Assembly: GCA_038245905.1 (NCBI GenBank)
Contig: JBBRRY010000013.1
Location: forward strand, 1 to 64,000
Source: Thermoanaerobaculia bacterium
GTDB taxonomy: Bacteria > Acidobacteriota > Thermoanaerobaculia > UBA5066
DNA length: 64,000 nucleotides
Direction of reading: 5' to 3'
Shown: positions 29,570-38,788 of the stretch, in pieces
Layout of the letters: each line of letters opens with the position of its first letter
How positions within the stretch are numbered: the stretch's first letter is position 1
Made by a program: the position numbers and the translations under genes
Notes under the pieces: generated by a model
The model's database searches: none
The model's input: only the letters and a program-made list of their open reading frames with translations
Told to the model about the DNA's origin: nothing

Positions 29570-30156
29570 AGAAAGTCACGCTCCTGGACGTCAAGAACCT
29601 GCACGAGTACGAGCTCATCCGCGACGACTGGCGGAAGGACATCATCGCCGTGAAGGCGAAGCGGCGCGTCCTCCTCGGGGACATCATGTCGCTCGTATTC
29701 GAGAACCGTCTCACGGTCCTGAACCAGGTTCAGGAGATGTGCCGGGTCGAGCGCCTCGCGAAACCCGAGGCCGTTCAGAAGGAAATCGACGTCTACAACG
29801 ACCTCGTGCCCGACCCAGGCGAGCTCTCGGCCACGCTGCTCGTCGAGATCACCGAGGAAACCGACATCCAGCCGCGGCTCGACGGGCTCGTCGGCCTTTC
29901 GTCGGGTCGCCACGTCTGGCTCGAGTTGAACGGCCGAAAGATCTTCGCGCGCTTCCTCGAGGGGCAGGGGCGCGAGGATCGGATCGCGGCTGTGCAGTAC
30001 CTGAGGTTCCCGATCGGAGAGGACCCGCTCGACCGCCAGGCGCTCGAGTCGGGGCCGGCCTCCGTGATCCTCTTTGCCGACCATCCGGGCTATCGGGCCA
30101 GCGCCGTCCTTTCGCCCGCCATGCGCGCAGAGATTGCCCGCGACCTCGTCGACTGA
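29566..30156 (+). CDS. DUF3501 family protein
   Basis: FENRLTVLNQVQEMCRVER, YNDLVP..GELSATLLVEI, AVQYLRF, DHPGY; typical position after rubrerythrin and the Fe-S protein. Confidence 0.88.
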   Translation: MKKVTLLDVKNLHEYELIRDDWRKDIIAVKAKRRVLLGDIMSLVFENRLTVLNQVQEMCRVERLAKPEAVQKEIDVYNDLVPDPGELSATLLVEITEETDIQPRLDGLVGLSSGRHVWLELNGRKIFARFLEGQGREDRIAAVQYLRFPIGEDPLDRQALESGPASVILFADHPGYRASAVLSPAMRAEIARDLVD

Positions 30157-30186
30157 GGCCGTTTCGAAGCCGAATAGAATCCGCCC

Positions 30187-30678
30187 GTGCTCATTCATCT
30201 TCTCCGCCACGCCGAAGCCGAGGACGTTTCGCCCACCGGAAGAGACGCGGATCGCCGTCTGACCGAGGACGGGAGGAAGCGCATGCGGTTGGTGGCGAAG
30301 GCGATCGCGAAGCTGGAGCCTGGCTACGAAGCCGTGCTCGTTTCGCCTCTCGTGCGGGCCCGGGAGACGGCAGAGCCGGTCGCGGCGGCCTGCGGATTGG
30401 GGCGCCCGATCACGGAAACGAAGAATCTCTCCCCGAATGCCGACCCCGTCGAGGTCCTCCACGAGCTCGCCCGCCTTGGGTTAGCGTCGGTTCTCCTCGT
30501 CGGGCATCAGCCCCATCTGGGCCGGCTTGCGGGGCTGCTCCTGTCGGGTCGCTCCGACCTCGAAGTCCCGATGAAGAAGGCGGCTCTGGCGGCCTTCGAG
30601 GCTTCCGCCGACCCGACTCTCGGGCTGGCCGAACTGAAGTTCCTGCTTCCCCCGCGCCTCATGGAAAAGCTTCCATAG
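30187..30678 (+). CDS. sixA: Phosphohistidine phosphatase SixA
   Basis: LLRHAEAE, DRRLT..G, SPLVRARETA, LLVGHQP. Confidence 0.92.
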   Translation: MLIHLLRHAEAEDVSPTGRDADRRLTEDGRKRMRLVAKAIAKLEPGYEAVLVSPLVRARETAEPVAAACGLGRPITETKNLSPNADPVEVLHELARLGLASVLLVGHQPHLGRLAGLLLSGRSDLEVPMKKAALAAFEASADPTLGLAELKFLLPPRLMEKLP

Positions 30679-30756
30679 TCATGAGTTACGGCACAAGTCG
30701 ATTATTCTTGACTCGTTCCTGATAGGATCTTGGGTCCTTGGAGGATCGATTTTTCT

Positions 30757-31359
30757 ATGGGTAAAAGTGTTGCTCTCGGCTGCATCGTCCTGATCCTGGT
30801 CGGCGTCCTCGTAGTCGGCGGCATGGCGGCGGGCGCCTACAACAAGCTGAACGCCGCGGATCAGGCTGTCAGCGCGGGCTGGGCCCAGGTCGAAAACGTC
30901 TATCAGCGGCGTGCCGATCTCATCCCGAACCTCGTCGAGACCGTCAAGGGAGCGGCGAATTTCGAGAAGGACACCCTGACCCAGGTCATCCAGGCGCGCG
31001 CTTCGGCCACGCAGGTCAAGCTCGACGCGAACTCCATCAAGGACCCGGCTGCCTTCGAGAAGTTTCAGAAGGCCCAGGACGCGCTCGGGAGCGCAATCGG
31101 CCGCCTGCTCGTCAGCGTCGAGAAGTACCCGGAGCTGAAGGCGGTCCAGGGGTTCCGCGACCTGCAGGTGCAGCTCGAGGGGACAGAGAACCGCATTTCG
31201 GTCGAGCGCGGCCGGTTCAACGACATTTCGCAGGTGTATAACACGCTGCGCCGCTCGTTCCCGACCGTCATCGTCGCGAACTTCGCCGGCTTCAAGGATC
31301 GTCCGTACTTCAAGGCCGCGGAGGGCTCCGAGAAGCCTCCCCCGGTCAAGTTCAACTGA
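30757..31359 (+). CDS. lemA: LemA family protein
   Basis: WAQVENVYQRRADLIPNLVETVKG, EKYPELKA, QLEGTENRISVER. Confidence 0.95.
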   Translation: MGKSVALGCIVLILVGVLVVGGMAAGAYNKLNAADQAVSAGWAQVENVYQRRADLIPNLVETVKGAANFEKDTLTQVIQARASATQVKLDANSIKDPAAFEKFQKAQDALGSAIGRLLVSVEKYPELKAVQGFRDLQVQLEGTENRISVERGRFNDISQVYNTLRRSFPTVIVANFAGFKDRPYFKAAEGSEKPPPVKFN

Positions 31360-31389
31360 GGCCGGCTCGCGGCGCTTTCGGATTCTTGA

Positions 31390-32148
31390 ATGAGTAGACG
31401 CGGCGGGGGGCGGAAAGTCTTCTTCTTCGCTTTCCTCTTTCTCCTCGCCTCCGCCGCCGCCGCGGGGCCCGTGGTGCCGCCCGCGCCGACGCGGTTCGTG
31501 ACGGACAAGGCAGGCGTGATCGCGCCGGACGTCGCCGCCGGGCTCGAGACCCGCCTTTTCGACTTCGAGAAGGAAACGTCGAACCAGTTCCTCGTCTACA
31601 CGGAGACCGCCGTTCCGGAGGGAACGACGCTCGAGGAATACACCGTCGCGTGCGCGCAGGCCTGGAAGGCCGGGCAGACGCAGCGGAAGAACGGGATGAT
31701 CCTGTTCGTCTTTCCCGGATCGCGGAAGGCGCGCCTCGAAGTGGGATACGGGCTCGAAGGCGCGATGCCCGATGCCCTCGCGCGTCGCGTCCTCGACGAG
31801 CAGGTGCTCCCGCGGTTCCGGACGGGCGACTACTCCGGGGGGATTTCCTCGGGCGTCTCGTCTGCGATCGCGGCCACGAAGGGCGAGTACAAGGGGACCG
31901 GACAGGCGCGCGGGCAGCGCCGCGAACGGACCCTTCCCGGTCCGCTTCTTCTCTCTCTCCTCTTTCTCTTTTTCTTCGTGATCGTTCCGGCGCTCCGGGG
32001 CCGTCGCCGCGGGTATTCCTACATCGGTGGCGGCGGCTGGGGCTCGGGGGGATTCGGCGGGTTCGGCGGCGGAGGAGGAGGAGGCGGCGGCGGCTTCTCG
32101 GGCGGAGGCGGCTCCTTCGGCGGCGGCGGCGCGAGCGGGGACTGGTGA
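31390..32148 (+). CDS. TPM-domain membrane protein with Gly-rich tail
   Basis: VTDKAG, RLEVGYGLEG, tail GFSGGGGSFGGGGASGDW. Confidence 0.92.
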   Translation: MSRRGGGRKVFFFAFLFLLASAAAAGPVVPPAPTRFVTDKAGVIAPDVAAGLETRLFDFEKETSNQFLVYTETAVPEGTTLEEYTVACAQAWKAGQTQRKNGMILFVFPGSRKARLEVGYGLEGAMPDALARRVLDEQVLPRFRTGDYSGGISSGVSSAIAATKGEYKGTGQARGQRRERTLPGPLLLSLLFLFFFVIVPALRGRRRGYSYIGGGGWGSGGFGGFGGGGGGGGGGFSGGGGSFGGGGASGDW

Positions 32149-32151
32149 CGC

Positions 32152-32601
32152 ATGGTGAAGAGTGAGAAGGCGAAGTCGTTCTTCGACGGCCTCGATCGCC
32201 CGGCGATCGTCGCGGCCATCAGTCGGGCTGAGGCGAAGGGTCTCGGAGAGATCCGCGTCCACCTGCATCACGGCGCCGTGAACGACGCGCGGGAGGAAGC
32301 GGAGAAGACCTTCCTGAAACTCGGAATGGACAAGACGATCCGGGGAAGCGGATGCCTCGTCTTCATCGCCCCGGAGTCACGAGCTTTCGCCGTGATCGGC
32401 GGCACGGGAATCCACGAAAAGGTTGGAGACGCGTTCTGGGCCGAGGCGCGGGATGCGGCTCGAGCCCGCTTCGCCGAGGGGAAGTTCACGGAGGGGATCG
32501 TCGCGGCAGTGGACAAGCTCGGCGACGCGCTGGCCCTCTTCTTCCCGAACACGGGGCCAAAGGACACGAACGAGCTGCCGGACGAGGTCAGCGAGGACTG
32601 A
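32152..32601 (+). CDS. TPM-domain protein (short type)
   Basis: AISRAEAKGLGEIRVH, GIHEKVGDAFW, NELPDEVS. Confidence 0.9.
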   Translation: MVKSEKAKSFFDGLDRPAIVAAISRAEAKGLGEIRVHLHHGAVNDAREEAEKTFLKLGMDKTIRGSGCLVFIAPESRAFAVIGGTGIHEKVGDAFWAEARDAARARFAEGKFTEGIVAAVDKLGDALALFFPNTGPKDTNELPDEVSED

Positions 32602-32608
32602 CGCCGCT

Positions 32609-32637
32609 TTGACAGCCGTGTCCCGGTCTGGTATTTT
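32609..32637 (+). promoter_or_regulatory. Sigma70 promoter of the rplU operon
   Basis: TTGACA-17 bp-TATTTT with an extended -10 TG; GAGG SD before ATG 32674. Confidence 0.7.
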
Positions 32638-32673
32638 CGTCGGCCGTTTTGCTCGGGAAGTTGAGGTAAAGCC

Positions 32674-32994
32674 ATGTACGCAGTTATCCGGACGGGGGGC
32701 AAGCAGGTACGCGTCGCCGAGGGCGACGTCGTGCGTGTCGAGCGCCTCACGAAAGAGACCCTCGAGAAGGGCGCGGAGGTGTCTCTGACCGAAGTCCTCG
32801 CCATCGGCAAGGACGACGGCCTCCACCTCGGCTCCCCGCTCGTCGCGGGCGCGAAAGTGACGGGCGTCGTCGTCCGCGAGACGCGCGGGCCGAAGCTTCT
32901 CGTCTACAAGAAGAAGCGCCGGAAGGGTTTCCAGCGCACTCACGGACATCGCCAGGATCTCGTCGAGATTCGCATCGCGTCCATCACGGTCTGA
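32674..32994 (+). CDS. rplU: 50S ribosomal protein L21
   Basis: MYAVIRTGGKQ...KKKRRKGFQRTHGHRQ. Confidence 0.98.
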   Translation: MYAVIRTGGKQVRVAEGDVVRVERLTKETLEKGAEVSLTEVLAIGKDDGLHLGSPLVAGAKVTGVVVRETRGPKLLVYKKKRRKGFQRTHGHRQDLVEIRIASITV

Positions 32995-33015
32995 TCAGGC
33001 GGAGACGAAAACAAA

Positions 33016-33288
33016 ATGGCACACAAAAAAGGTCAGGGTTCGTCCCGCAACGGGCGCGACAGCAACAGCCAGCGCCTCGGCGTGAAGCGTTTTGCCGGTC
33101 AGCTCGTGTCGGGCGGTTCGATCCTCGTCCGGCAGCGCGGCACGCCCCTGAAGCCGGGACTGAACGTCGGCCGCGCCAAGGACGATTCCCTGTTCGCGAA
33201 GGTCGACGGGATCGTGAACTTCCACGACAAGGGCCGGCTCGGCCGCTACGTCTCGATCACCCCCGCGGCCCTCGTCGCCGAAAAGTAA
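33016..33288 (+). CDS. rpmA: 50S ribosomal protein L27
   Basis: [24 protein letters not shown]. Confidence 0.98.
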   Translation: MAHKKGQGSSRNGRDSNSQRLGVKRFAGQLVSGGSILVRQRGTPLKPGLNVGRAKDDSLFAKVDGIVNFHDKGRLGRYVSITPAALVAEK

Positions 33289-33297
33289 GCCGCTCTT

Positions 33298-34365
33298 TTG
33301 TTCATCGACGAAGCGGTCATCCACGTCGCCGGGGGCGACGGTGGTAATGGCTGTGTCGCCATGCGGCGCGAGAAGTTCGTCCCACGGGGCGGGCCCTCGG
33401 GCGGGGACGGTGGAGACGGCGGCAGCGTCACGCTCGTCGCGGACCGCGGACTCAACACGCTCTATCCGTTCCGTTTCCAGAGGCGTTTCCCCGCGGGCCG
33501 GGGAGGCCACGGGAAGGGCAACAACCGCCACGGAAAAAATGGGGCGGATCTCCCGGTCTCGGTGCCCGTCGGAACGGTCGTGCGCGTCCGCGACACGGGG
33601 GAGATCCTCGGCGACCTCGTCGAGGAGGGACAGACGCTGCTCGTGGCCCCCGGTGGAAAAGGCGGAAAGGGAAACGCACGCTTCGCGACGTCGACGAATC
33701 GCACGCCGCGGCGCGCGGATCCGGGCGGCGAGGGCGTCCAGCTCGAGCTCGCGCTCGAGCTGAAGCTTCTCGCGGACGTGGCCCTCGTCGGGCTGCCGAA
33801 TGCGGGCAAGTCGACACTCATCGCCGCGATCTCGGCCGCTCGCCCGAAGATCGCCGATTACCCCTTTACGACACTCGTGCCGAATCTCGGGGTCGTCTCG
33901 TGGGAGCGGTTCCGGACGTTCGTCGCGGCGGACGTGCCGGGCCTCATCGAGGGCGCCCACGAAGGCCACGGCCTCGGAATCCGGTTCCTGAAGCATGTCG
34001 AAAGGTCGCGCCTCCTCGTCCACCTCGTGGACGCCGCGGCGCTCGACGCGGACGACACCGAGCAGAACGCGGAAGCGACGATCGCGACGATCGAGCACGA
34101 GCTCCAGTCCTTCCAGCCCGAGCTCGCGGAGCGCGAACGCGTCCTCGTGGCCACGAAGGAGGACGCGGCAACACCGGACCAGGTCGATGCGGTCCGTGCC
34201 GCCGCGAAGCGCCGGGGCCTCGCCTTCTTCGCGATTTCGGCCGCGGCGCGCCACGGGCTCGACGCCCTCGTCCCGCATCTCGGCACGCGGCTCGACGCGC
34301 TCGCGGCGTCCGCGGTGTCCACCGCGCCCGCCGTTCCCGCCTCGTCCACGCCGGTCGCGTCCTGA
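33298..34365 (+). CDS. obgE: GTPase ObgE
   Basis: FIDEA..GGDGGNG..RREKFVPRGGP, ADVALVGLPNAGKSTL, ADYPFTTLVPNLG, DVPGLIEGA. Confidence 0.97.
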   Translation: MFIDEAVIHVAGGDGGNGCVAMRREKFVPRGGPSGGDGGDGGSVTLVADRGLNTLYPFRFQRRFPAGRGGHGKGNNRHGKNGADLPVSVPVGTVVRVRDTGEILGDLVEEGQTLLVAPGGKGGKGNARFATSTNRTPRRADPGGEGVQLELALELKLLADVALVGLPNAGKSTLIAAISAARPKIADYPFTTLVPNLGVVSWERFRTFVAADVPGLIEGAHEGHGLGIRFLKHVERSRLLVHLVDAAALDADDTEQNAEATIATIEHELQSFQPELAERERVLVATKEDAATPDQVDAVRAAAKRRGLAFFAISAAARHGLDALVPHLGTRLDALAASAVSTAPAVPASSTPVAS

Positions 34366-34367
34366 AC

Positions 34368-34976
34368 ATGCGCATCGGCGTTTACGGGGGCTCGTTCGAT
34401 CCGGTGCACTACGGGCATCTCGTGCCCGTCGAGGAGGCGCGGCAGAGGCTTCTGCTCGACGAAATCCTCTTCGTGCCGGCGTTCCAACCGCCGCACAAGC
34501 CGTCCGGAACGTCGGCCCCGTCTCACCATCGCTTCGCGATGCTCGCGCTCGCGCTGGAGACGTATCCCGCCTTCCGCCTGACCGACTTCGAAGTCGCGCG
34601 CGGCGGGACCACGTACACGATCGAGACCCTCCGGCACCTGCGCGCGGCGCGGGCCGACGCCGAGTTCGTGCTCGTGCTCGGGTCCGACTCTCTCGCCGCG
34701 ATCACGACGTGGCGCTCGTGGCAGGAGATTCTCGACGAGTTCCCGCTCGCCGTCGTCGAGCGGGAGGGCTTTCCGGCCGGAGTGCTCGCGCGCGAGCTGC
34801 CGCAGGCGATCTCCGGCCGGTTCGGCGAGTCGATTTTCTTCGCGGGCAACGCACCGGTTACAATTTCGTCCACGTGGTTAAGGCGCGCCATCCCAGCGGG
34901 AGAGGACCTGAGCGGAAGTCTCCCGGCGAACGTCGCCGCGTATCTCCGAAGGCACGCCCTGTACCGGGTCCCGTAA
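34368..34976 (+). CDS. nadD: Nicotinate-nucleotide adenylyltransferase
   Basis: GVYGGSFDPVHYGHL, PPHK, YTIETL, ISST. Confidence 0.95.
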   Translation: MRIGVYGGSFDPVHYGHLVPVEEARQRLLLDEILFVPAFQPPHKPSGTSAPSHHRFAMLALALETYPAFRLTDFEVARGGTTYTIETLRHLRAARADAEFVLVLGSDSLAAITTWRSWQEILDEFPLAVVEREGFPAGVLARELPQAISGRFGESIFFAGNAPVTISSTWLRRAIPAGEDLSGSLPANVAAYLRRHALYRVP

Positions 34977-35482
34977 AGCACGCCGTTCCACAGGTCGGAC
35001 CCATCGACGACCTCATCGAGGCGACGCTGCAGCGGACGGGGGCGCGATCCGGAGCACGGGCCGCGGCCGCGGCCGCCGCGGCGTCCCAGGACGCGCCCGA
35101 GAAGTCCCGTGCTTCCGCCGACCCGGCAATCGACGAGCGCCTGACCGAACAGCTCAAGAAGGGTGTGGCCGCGCTGCTCGACAAGAAGGCCGAAAAGCTG
35201 GTCGTCCTGAACCTGCAGGGCCTCACGACGATCTCCGACTACTTCGTCCTCGCCACGGCGGGGAGTGACCGGCAAGCCCAGGCTCTTTCCGACGCCGTCG
35301 AGCTGGCCCTCAAGGCCGTGGGCCGCAGGCCGCTCTCGATCGAGGGCTACTCCTCAGCGACCTGGATCCTCCTCGACTACGGCGACGTGGTGTTCCACGT
35401 CTTCCACGACGAGGCGCGCCGCTTCTACGGCCTCGAGAGGCTGTGGGGAGACGCTCCGGACGCCACGGCGGCGTTCCGCTAA
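34874..35482 (+). CDS. rsfS: Ribosome silencing factor RsfS (start uncertain: GTG 34874 or GTG 35165)
   Basis: LDKKAE, SDYFVLAT..SDRQAQAL, WILLDYGDVVFHVF..EARRFYGLERLW. Confidence 0.88.
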   Translation: MVKARHPSGRGPERKSPGERRRVSPKARPVPGPVKHAVPQVGPIDDLIEATLQRTGARSGARAAAAAAAASQDAPEKSRASADPAIDERLTEQLKKGVAALLDKKAEKLVVLNLQGLTTISDYFVLATAGSDRQAQALSDAVELALKAVGRRPLSIEGYSSATWILLDYGDVVFHVFHDEARRFYGLERLWGDAPDATAAFR

Positions 35483-35490
35483 GGTATCGC

Positions 35491-36429
35491 GTGGCGGGAC
35501 GTGCCGCGTCGTCCGCCCTCTTCGTGACGCGCCACCGCGGCCTCAGGGAGCAGCTCAGGCGGCTCCAACGCGCGGTCGACTCGGCCAACACGGTTCTCCT
35601 CCTCGGAGCGCCTGGCACGGGGAAGGACCGGCTCGCGCGCCTCCTGCACGAGCGCTCGACGCGCGCCGGAGAGCCTTTCGTGCGCGTGGATCTCGCGGCC
35701 GTATCGGACGATCTCTTCGAGAGCGAGCTCTTCGGGCACGAGCGCGGCGCGTTCACGGGCGCCGTCTCGGGCAAGCCCGGCCTCCTCGAAGGCGCCGGCG
35801 AGGGCACGCTCTACCTCGACCGGGTCGACGCGCTGTCGCTCCGGGCCCAGGGAAAGCTCCTTCGCGTCGTCGAGGAGCGTCTCGTGCGTCGCGTCGGAGG
35901 CACCCGTCTCCTGCCGCTCAAGGCGCGCCTCGTGGCCTCGGCCGGTCCCGACCTGCCGCGTCAGGCGCGCGCGGGGACGTTCCGGGAGGATCTCTACTAC
36001 CGGCTCGCGGTCGTCACGGTGAGCCTGCCTCCGCTGGTCGAGCGCCGCGAGGACCTTCTTTCCGCGGCGCGTTCTCTCGCGAAAGCCGGCGGCGGCCCGG
36101 CCGTGTTCACGGCGGCCGCACGGCGCGTGATCCTGGGGCACGCCTGGCGCGGCAACTTCCGCGAACTCGAGAACGTCGTTCGAAGAGCCGCGAACGAAGC
36201 GCTCGCGGACAGGGCTGGCGCGATCGACGCCGCGCACCTGAAGCTCGCCGGTCCGTCGGACCCCGAGGCGCTTCTTCACGCGGCCGCGCACGCGCGCTGG
36301 TCGCTCCGGCAGCTCACGGGCGCCTACATCTCCCTCATCCTGGACGAGGCGGGTGGAAACGTGGCGGAGGCGGCGCGCCGCCTCGGGGTGGCCCGCAAGA
36401 CGCTCTACGCGCGACGGACGCGCTCGTGA
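35491..36429 (+). CDS. Sigma54-interacting AAA+ activator with Fis-type HTH and no N-terminal sensor domain
   Basis: GAPGTGKD, ESELFGHERGAFTGA, FREDLYYRL, WRGNFRELENV, GNVAEAARRLGVARKTLY. Confidence 0.9.
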   Translation: MAGRAASSALFVTRHRGLREQLRRLQRAVDSANTVLLLGAPGTGKDRLARLLHERSTRAGEPFVRVDLAAVSDDLFESELFGHERGAFTGAVSGKPGLLEGAGEGTLYLDRVDALSLRAQGKLLRVVEERLVRRVGGTRLLPLKARLVASAGPDLPRQARAGTFREDLYYRLAVVTVSLPPLVERREDLLSAARSLAKAGGGPAVFTAAARRVILGHAWRGNFRELENVVRRAANEALADRAGAIDAAHLKLAGPSDPEALLHAAAHARWSLRQLTGAYISLILDEAGGNVAEAARRLGVARKTLYARRTRS

Positions 36430-36896
36430 GAATCCGGTTTCTCTTCGTCGGTAAGAGCGACGAGGCCGAATACGCCCGGGGGATCGAGCGCTACGTCGCG
36501 CGGATCGGCCGCTTCGCCGCGTGCGACGTCGTCGTCGTCAAGGACGAAAAGCCGGGCCCGAAACCCGACGCCGCCCGCATTCGCGCAAAGGAGGCGGAGC
36601 GCATCCTCGCGGCTCTTTCGCCGCGCGATCTCCTCGTGCTCGTAGACGAGAAGGGCAAGGAGAAAACGAGCGCGGAATTCGCGGTCGACCTCCGCTCCTG
36701 GCTCGACGCGTCTCCCTCGGCGGTGGTCTTCGCCGTGGGCGGGGCGTTCGGTCTGGACCCCGTCTTGCGCCCTCGGGCGCGTGCTATCCTCCCGCTTTCC
36801 CGGATGACCCTGCCTCATCAGCTGGCTCGGTTGTTCCTGACGGAACAGGTTTACCGGGCGACCGCGGCGCATTCCGGCGTCGCCTATTCCAAGTGA
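36426..36896 (+). CDS. rlmH: 23S rRNA pseudouridine-1915 N3-methyltransferase
   Basis: VDEKGKEKTSAEFA, GGAFGL, LSRMTLPHQLARLFLTEQVYRA. Confidence 0.93.
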   Translation: MRIRFLFVGKSDEAEYARGIERYVARIGRFAACDVVVVKDEKPGPKPDAARIRAKEAERILAALSPRDLLVLVDEKGKEKTSAEFAVDLRSWLDASPSAVVFAVGGAFGLDPVLRPRARAILPLSRMTLPHQLARLFLTEQVYRATAAHSGVAYSK

Positions 36897-36916
36897 CCTC
36901 GAGGGAGACGACCAGC

Positions 36917-37306
36917 ATGTCACCTAAAGCCGCCGCGATGCCCTCCAAGTCCCTGAAGAAGGAAGCCGGCGACAAGGTCAGGAAGCGTCTCCTCGCCAAG
37001 CGCGACGAGCTCGTTCAGGATCTCGCGAAGAACCGTCAAGTCTCCGACGAGACGATTGAAGAGTCGGCGCAGGACATGGCCGACCGCGCGACGTCCGCTT
37101 ACACGAAAGAGTTTGCGTATTCGCTCTCCGAGAGCGAACGCAAGATCCTGCTTCTCATCGAGGAAGCGCTCGGGCGGCTCGAGACCGGGACCTATGGGAC
37201 CTGCGTTCACTGCTCCCAGGTCGTCCAGGAGAAGCGTATCGAGGCGGTTCCCTGGGCGCGCCACTGCCTGGACTGCCAGGAACTTCAGGACAAGGGGCTG
37301 CTCTAG
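36917..37306 (+). CDS. dksA: DksA/TraR C4 zinc-finger regulator
   Basis: Coiled-coil tip DMAD; GTYGTCVHC...RIEAVPWARHCLDCQE. Confidence 0.88.
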   Translation: MSPKAAAMPSKSLKKEAGDKVRKRLLAKRDELVQDLAKNRQVSDETIEESAQDMADRATSAYTKEFAYSLSESERKILLLIEEALGRLETGTYGTCVHCSQVVQEKRIEAVPWARHCLDCQELQDKGLL

Positions 37307-37332
37307 CCCCCTCTCCCGCATAGTATTGAAAG

Positions 37333-38778
37333 GTGACACGTCCCGATCCCTTCGCGGCTCTCGCGCCGCTCCTCGCGTCGGCGCGGACGACGCCTCTCCA
37401 CCCGATCCTCTTCCTGTCCGGAGACGACGACTGGATCGTGGTCGAGGGCGCGCGCCGCGTGACGGCGGCATTCCAGGAAGCCTTCCCGGAGGGAGAGGTC
37501 TCGACGTACGAGGCGACGGGCGAAGGCGTGAAGGAAGCCGTGGCGGACGCCGCCACCGTCGCGCTCTTCTCGACGAACCGGCTCGTGGTTCTCGAAGCGA
37601 CGGAGCTGTTCCGCGGCAAGGGCCTCACGGCGGAAGAGGTCGATGCGCTCCTCGACGAAGCCGACGAGGCGCGGGACGACGCGCGCGTCCGCGCGCGCCT
37701 CGCGCGTAAGGCGCACGCGCTCGCCGGGGCGGCCGGCGTCGCCGTCGGCGACGATCCCGAAGACGCCGCGCGCCGAATCGCCGGCCGGGTGAAGAGGGCG
37801 GATCGGGCCGGGGAGCTTGCCGCGCTTCTCGCCCTCCTCCCCGCGCCGGAGGAAGGCGCCGAGACGGCGCTCGACCGGCTCCTGGACTTCGCCGTGCGCG
37901 CGGGCGCGTCCGACAACGTCCTTCTCGTTCATGCGATCACGCCCGACGCGCAGCACCGCGCGACACAGGGCCTGAGACGCGCGGCGCGTACCGCGGACCT
38001 GTCGGTGCCCGACGAACCCGCGCGGCGCGCGCGCCTCGCCGCGCTCGGTCTCGAACGGGCCATCGATCGCAAGGCGCTCGTCGAGTCCGAGGTCTTCGAG
38101 CTTCTCTCGGGCCGGGGCCGGCTCGCCGCGCGGCCCTTTCTCTCGGACCTCGACCGCCTCATCGACTCCGCTGCCGGGCCGCGCGTGACCGCCGAAGAGG
38201 CCGCGCGACAGGTCGCCGACGAGAGCCGCGAATACGGATCGGACTTCGTCGAGGCCGTCGCGAAGCGCGACCTTGGAGAGGCGCTGCGCCTCCTCGCGAA
38301 GCTCCTCTCGGGAGCCAGCTTCACGGCGTTCCGCCCGTGGGGCGGCAAGGAGGACACGCCCTCGGCGAAGAAGGGGCCGCGCGGCGAGGCCGCGTTTTTC
38401 CCGCTCCTCGGCCTCCTCGCGGCCGAGATCAGGAGGATGCTCGCGCTGCGCGCGGCCCTGGACGAACGGGCGACGCCTTCCTCTTCGTCTCAAGCGCCGC
38501 GCCGCGCGGATTACCGCGGATTCGTGGATCGCATTCTCCCGGTTCTGAAGGCCGTCCGCCCCGGTTTCCCGCCGCTGCCTCTCGACGCCCACCCGTTCGT
38601 TCTCCACAAGGCCTACCTCGCGGCCCTCGGCTGGACGGCGGACGACCTCAAGGGCGCGCTCATGGGGCTGGAGGCGATCGACCGGGGCGTGAAGAGCGGG
38701 GCGGGCACGGGCCCCGAGCTTCTCGAGACCTGGCTTCTCTCCCAGCTCCACTCTCTCGGGCGGACGGCGACAGGCTAA
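37333..38778 (+). CDS. holA: DNA polymerase III delta subunit (HolA-like, long)
   Basis: LFLSGDDDW, ALFSTNRLVVL, HPFVLHKA, LEAIDRGVKSG...LETWL. Confidence 0.7.
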   Translation: MTRPDPFAALAPLLASARTTPLHPILFLSGDDDWIVVEGARRVTAAFQEAFPEGEVSTYEATGEGVKEAVADAATVALFSTNRLVVLEATELFRGKGLTAEEVDALLDEADEARDDARVRARLARKAHALAGAAGVAVGDDPEDAARRIAGRVKRADRAGELAALLALLPAPEEGAETALDRLLDFAVRAGASDNVLLVHAITPDAQHRATQGLRRAARTADLSVPDEPARRARLAALGLERAIDRKALVESEVFELLSGRGRLAARPFLSDLDRLIDSAAGPRVTAEEAARQVADESREYGSDFVEAVAKRDLGEALRLLAKLLSGASFTAFRPWGGKEDTPSAKKGPRGEAAFFPLLGLLAAEIRRMLALRAALDERATPSSSSQAPRRADYRGFVDRILPVLKAVRPGFPPLPLDAHPFVLHKAYLAALGWTADDLKGALMGLEAIDRGVKSGAGTGPELLETWLLSQLHSLGRTATG

Positions 38779-38788
38779 GATCTCCTTC

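Noticed and set aside
30679-30756. Possible sigma54 promoter (CGGCAC) upstream of lemA
   Set aside because: No GC at the -12 position with correct spacing.
32025-32140. GGC/GGA-rich tandem-like sequence
   Set aside because: Encodes the standard Gly-rich tail of the TPM protein; not an independent repeat.
30757-32601. lemA-TPM-TPM cluster as a novel system
   Set aside because: Common, widely conserved arrangement with nothing unusual here.
32638-32673. Possible L21 leader RNA
   Set aside because: Leader is short and I cannot support a conserved structure by eye.
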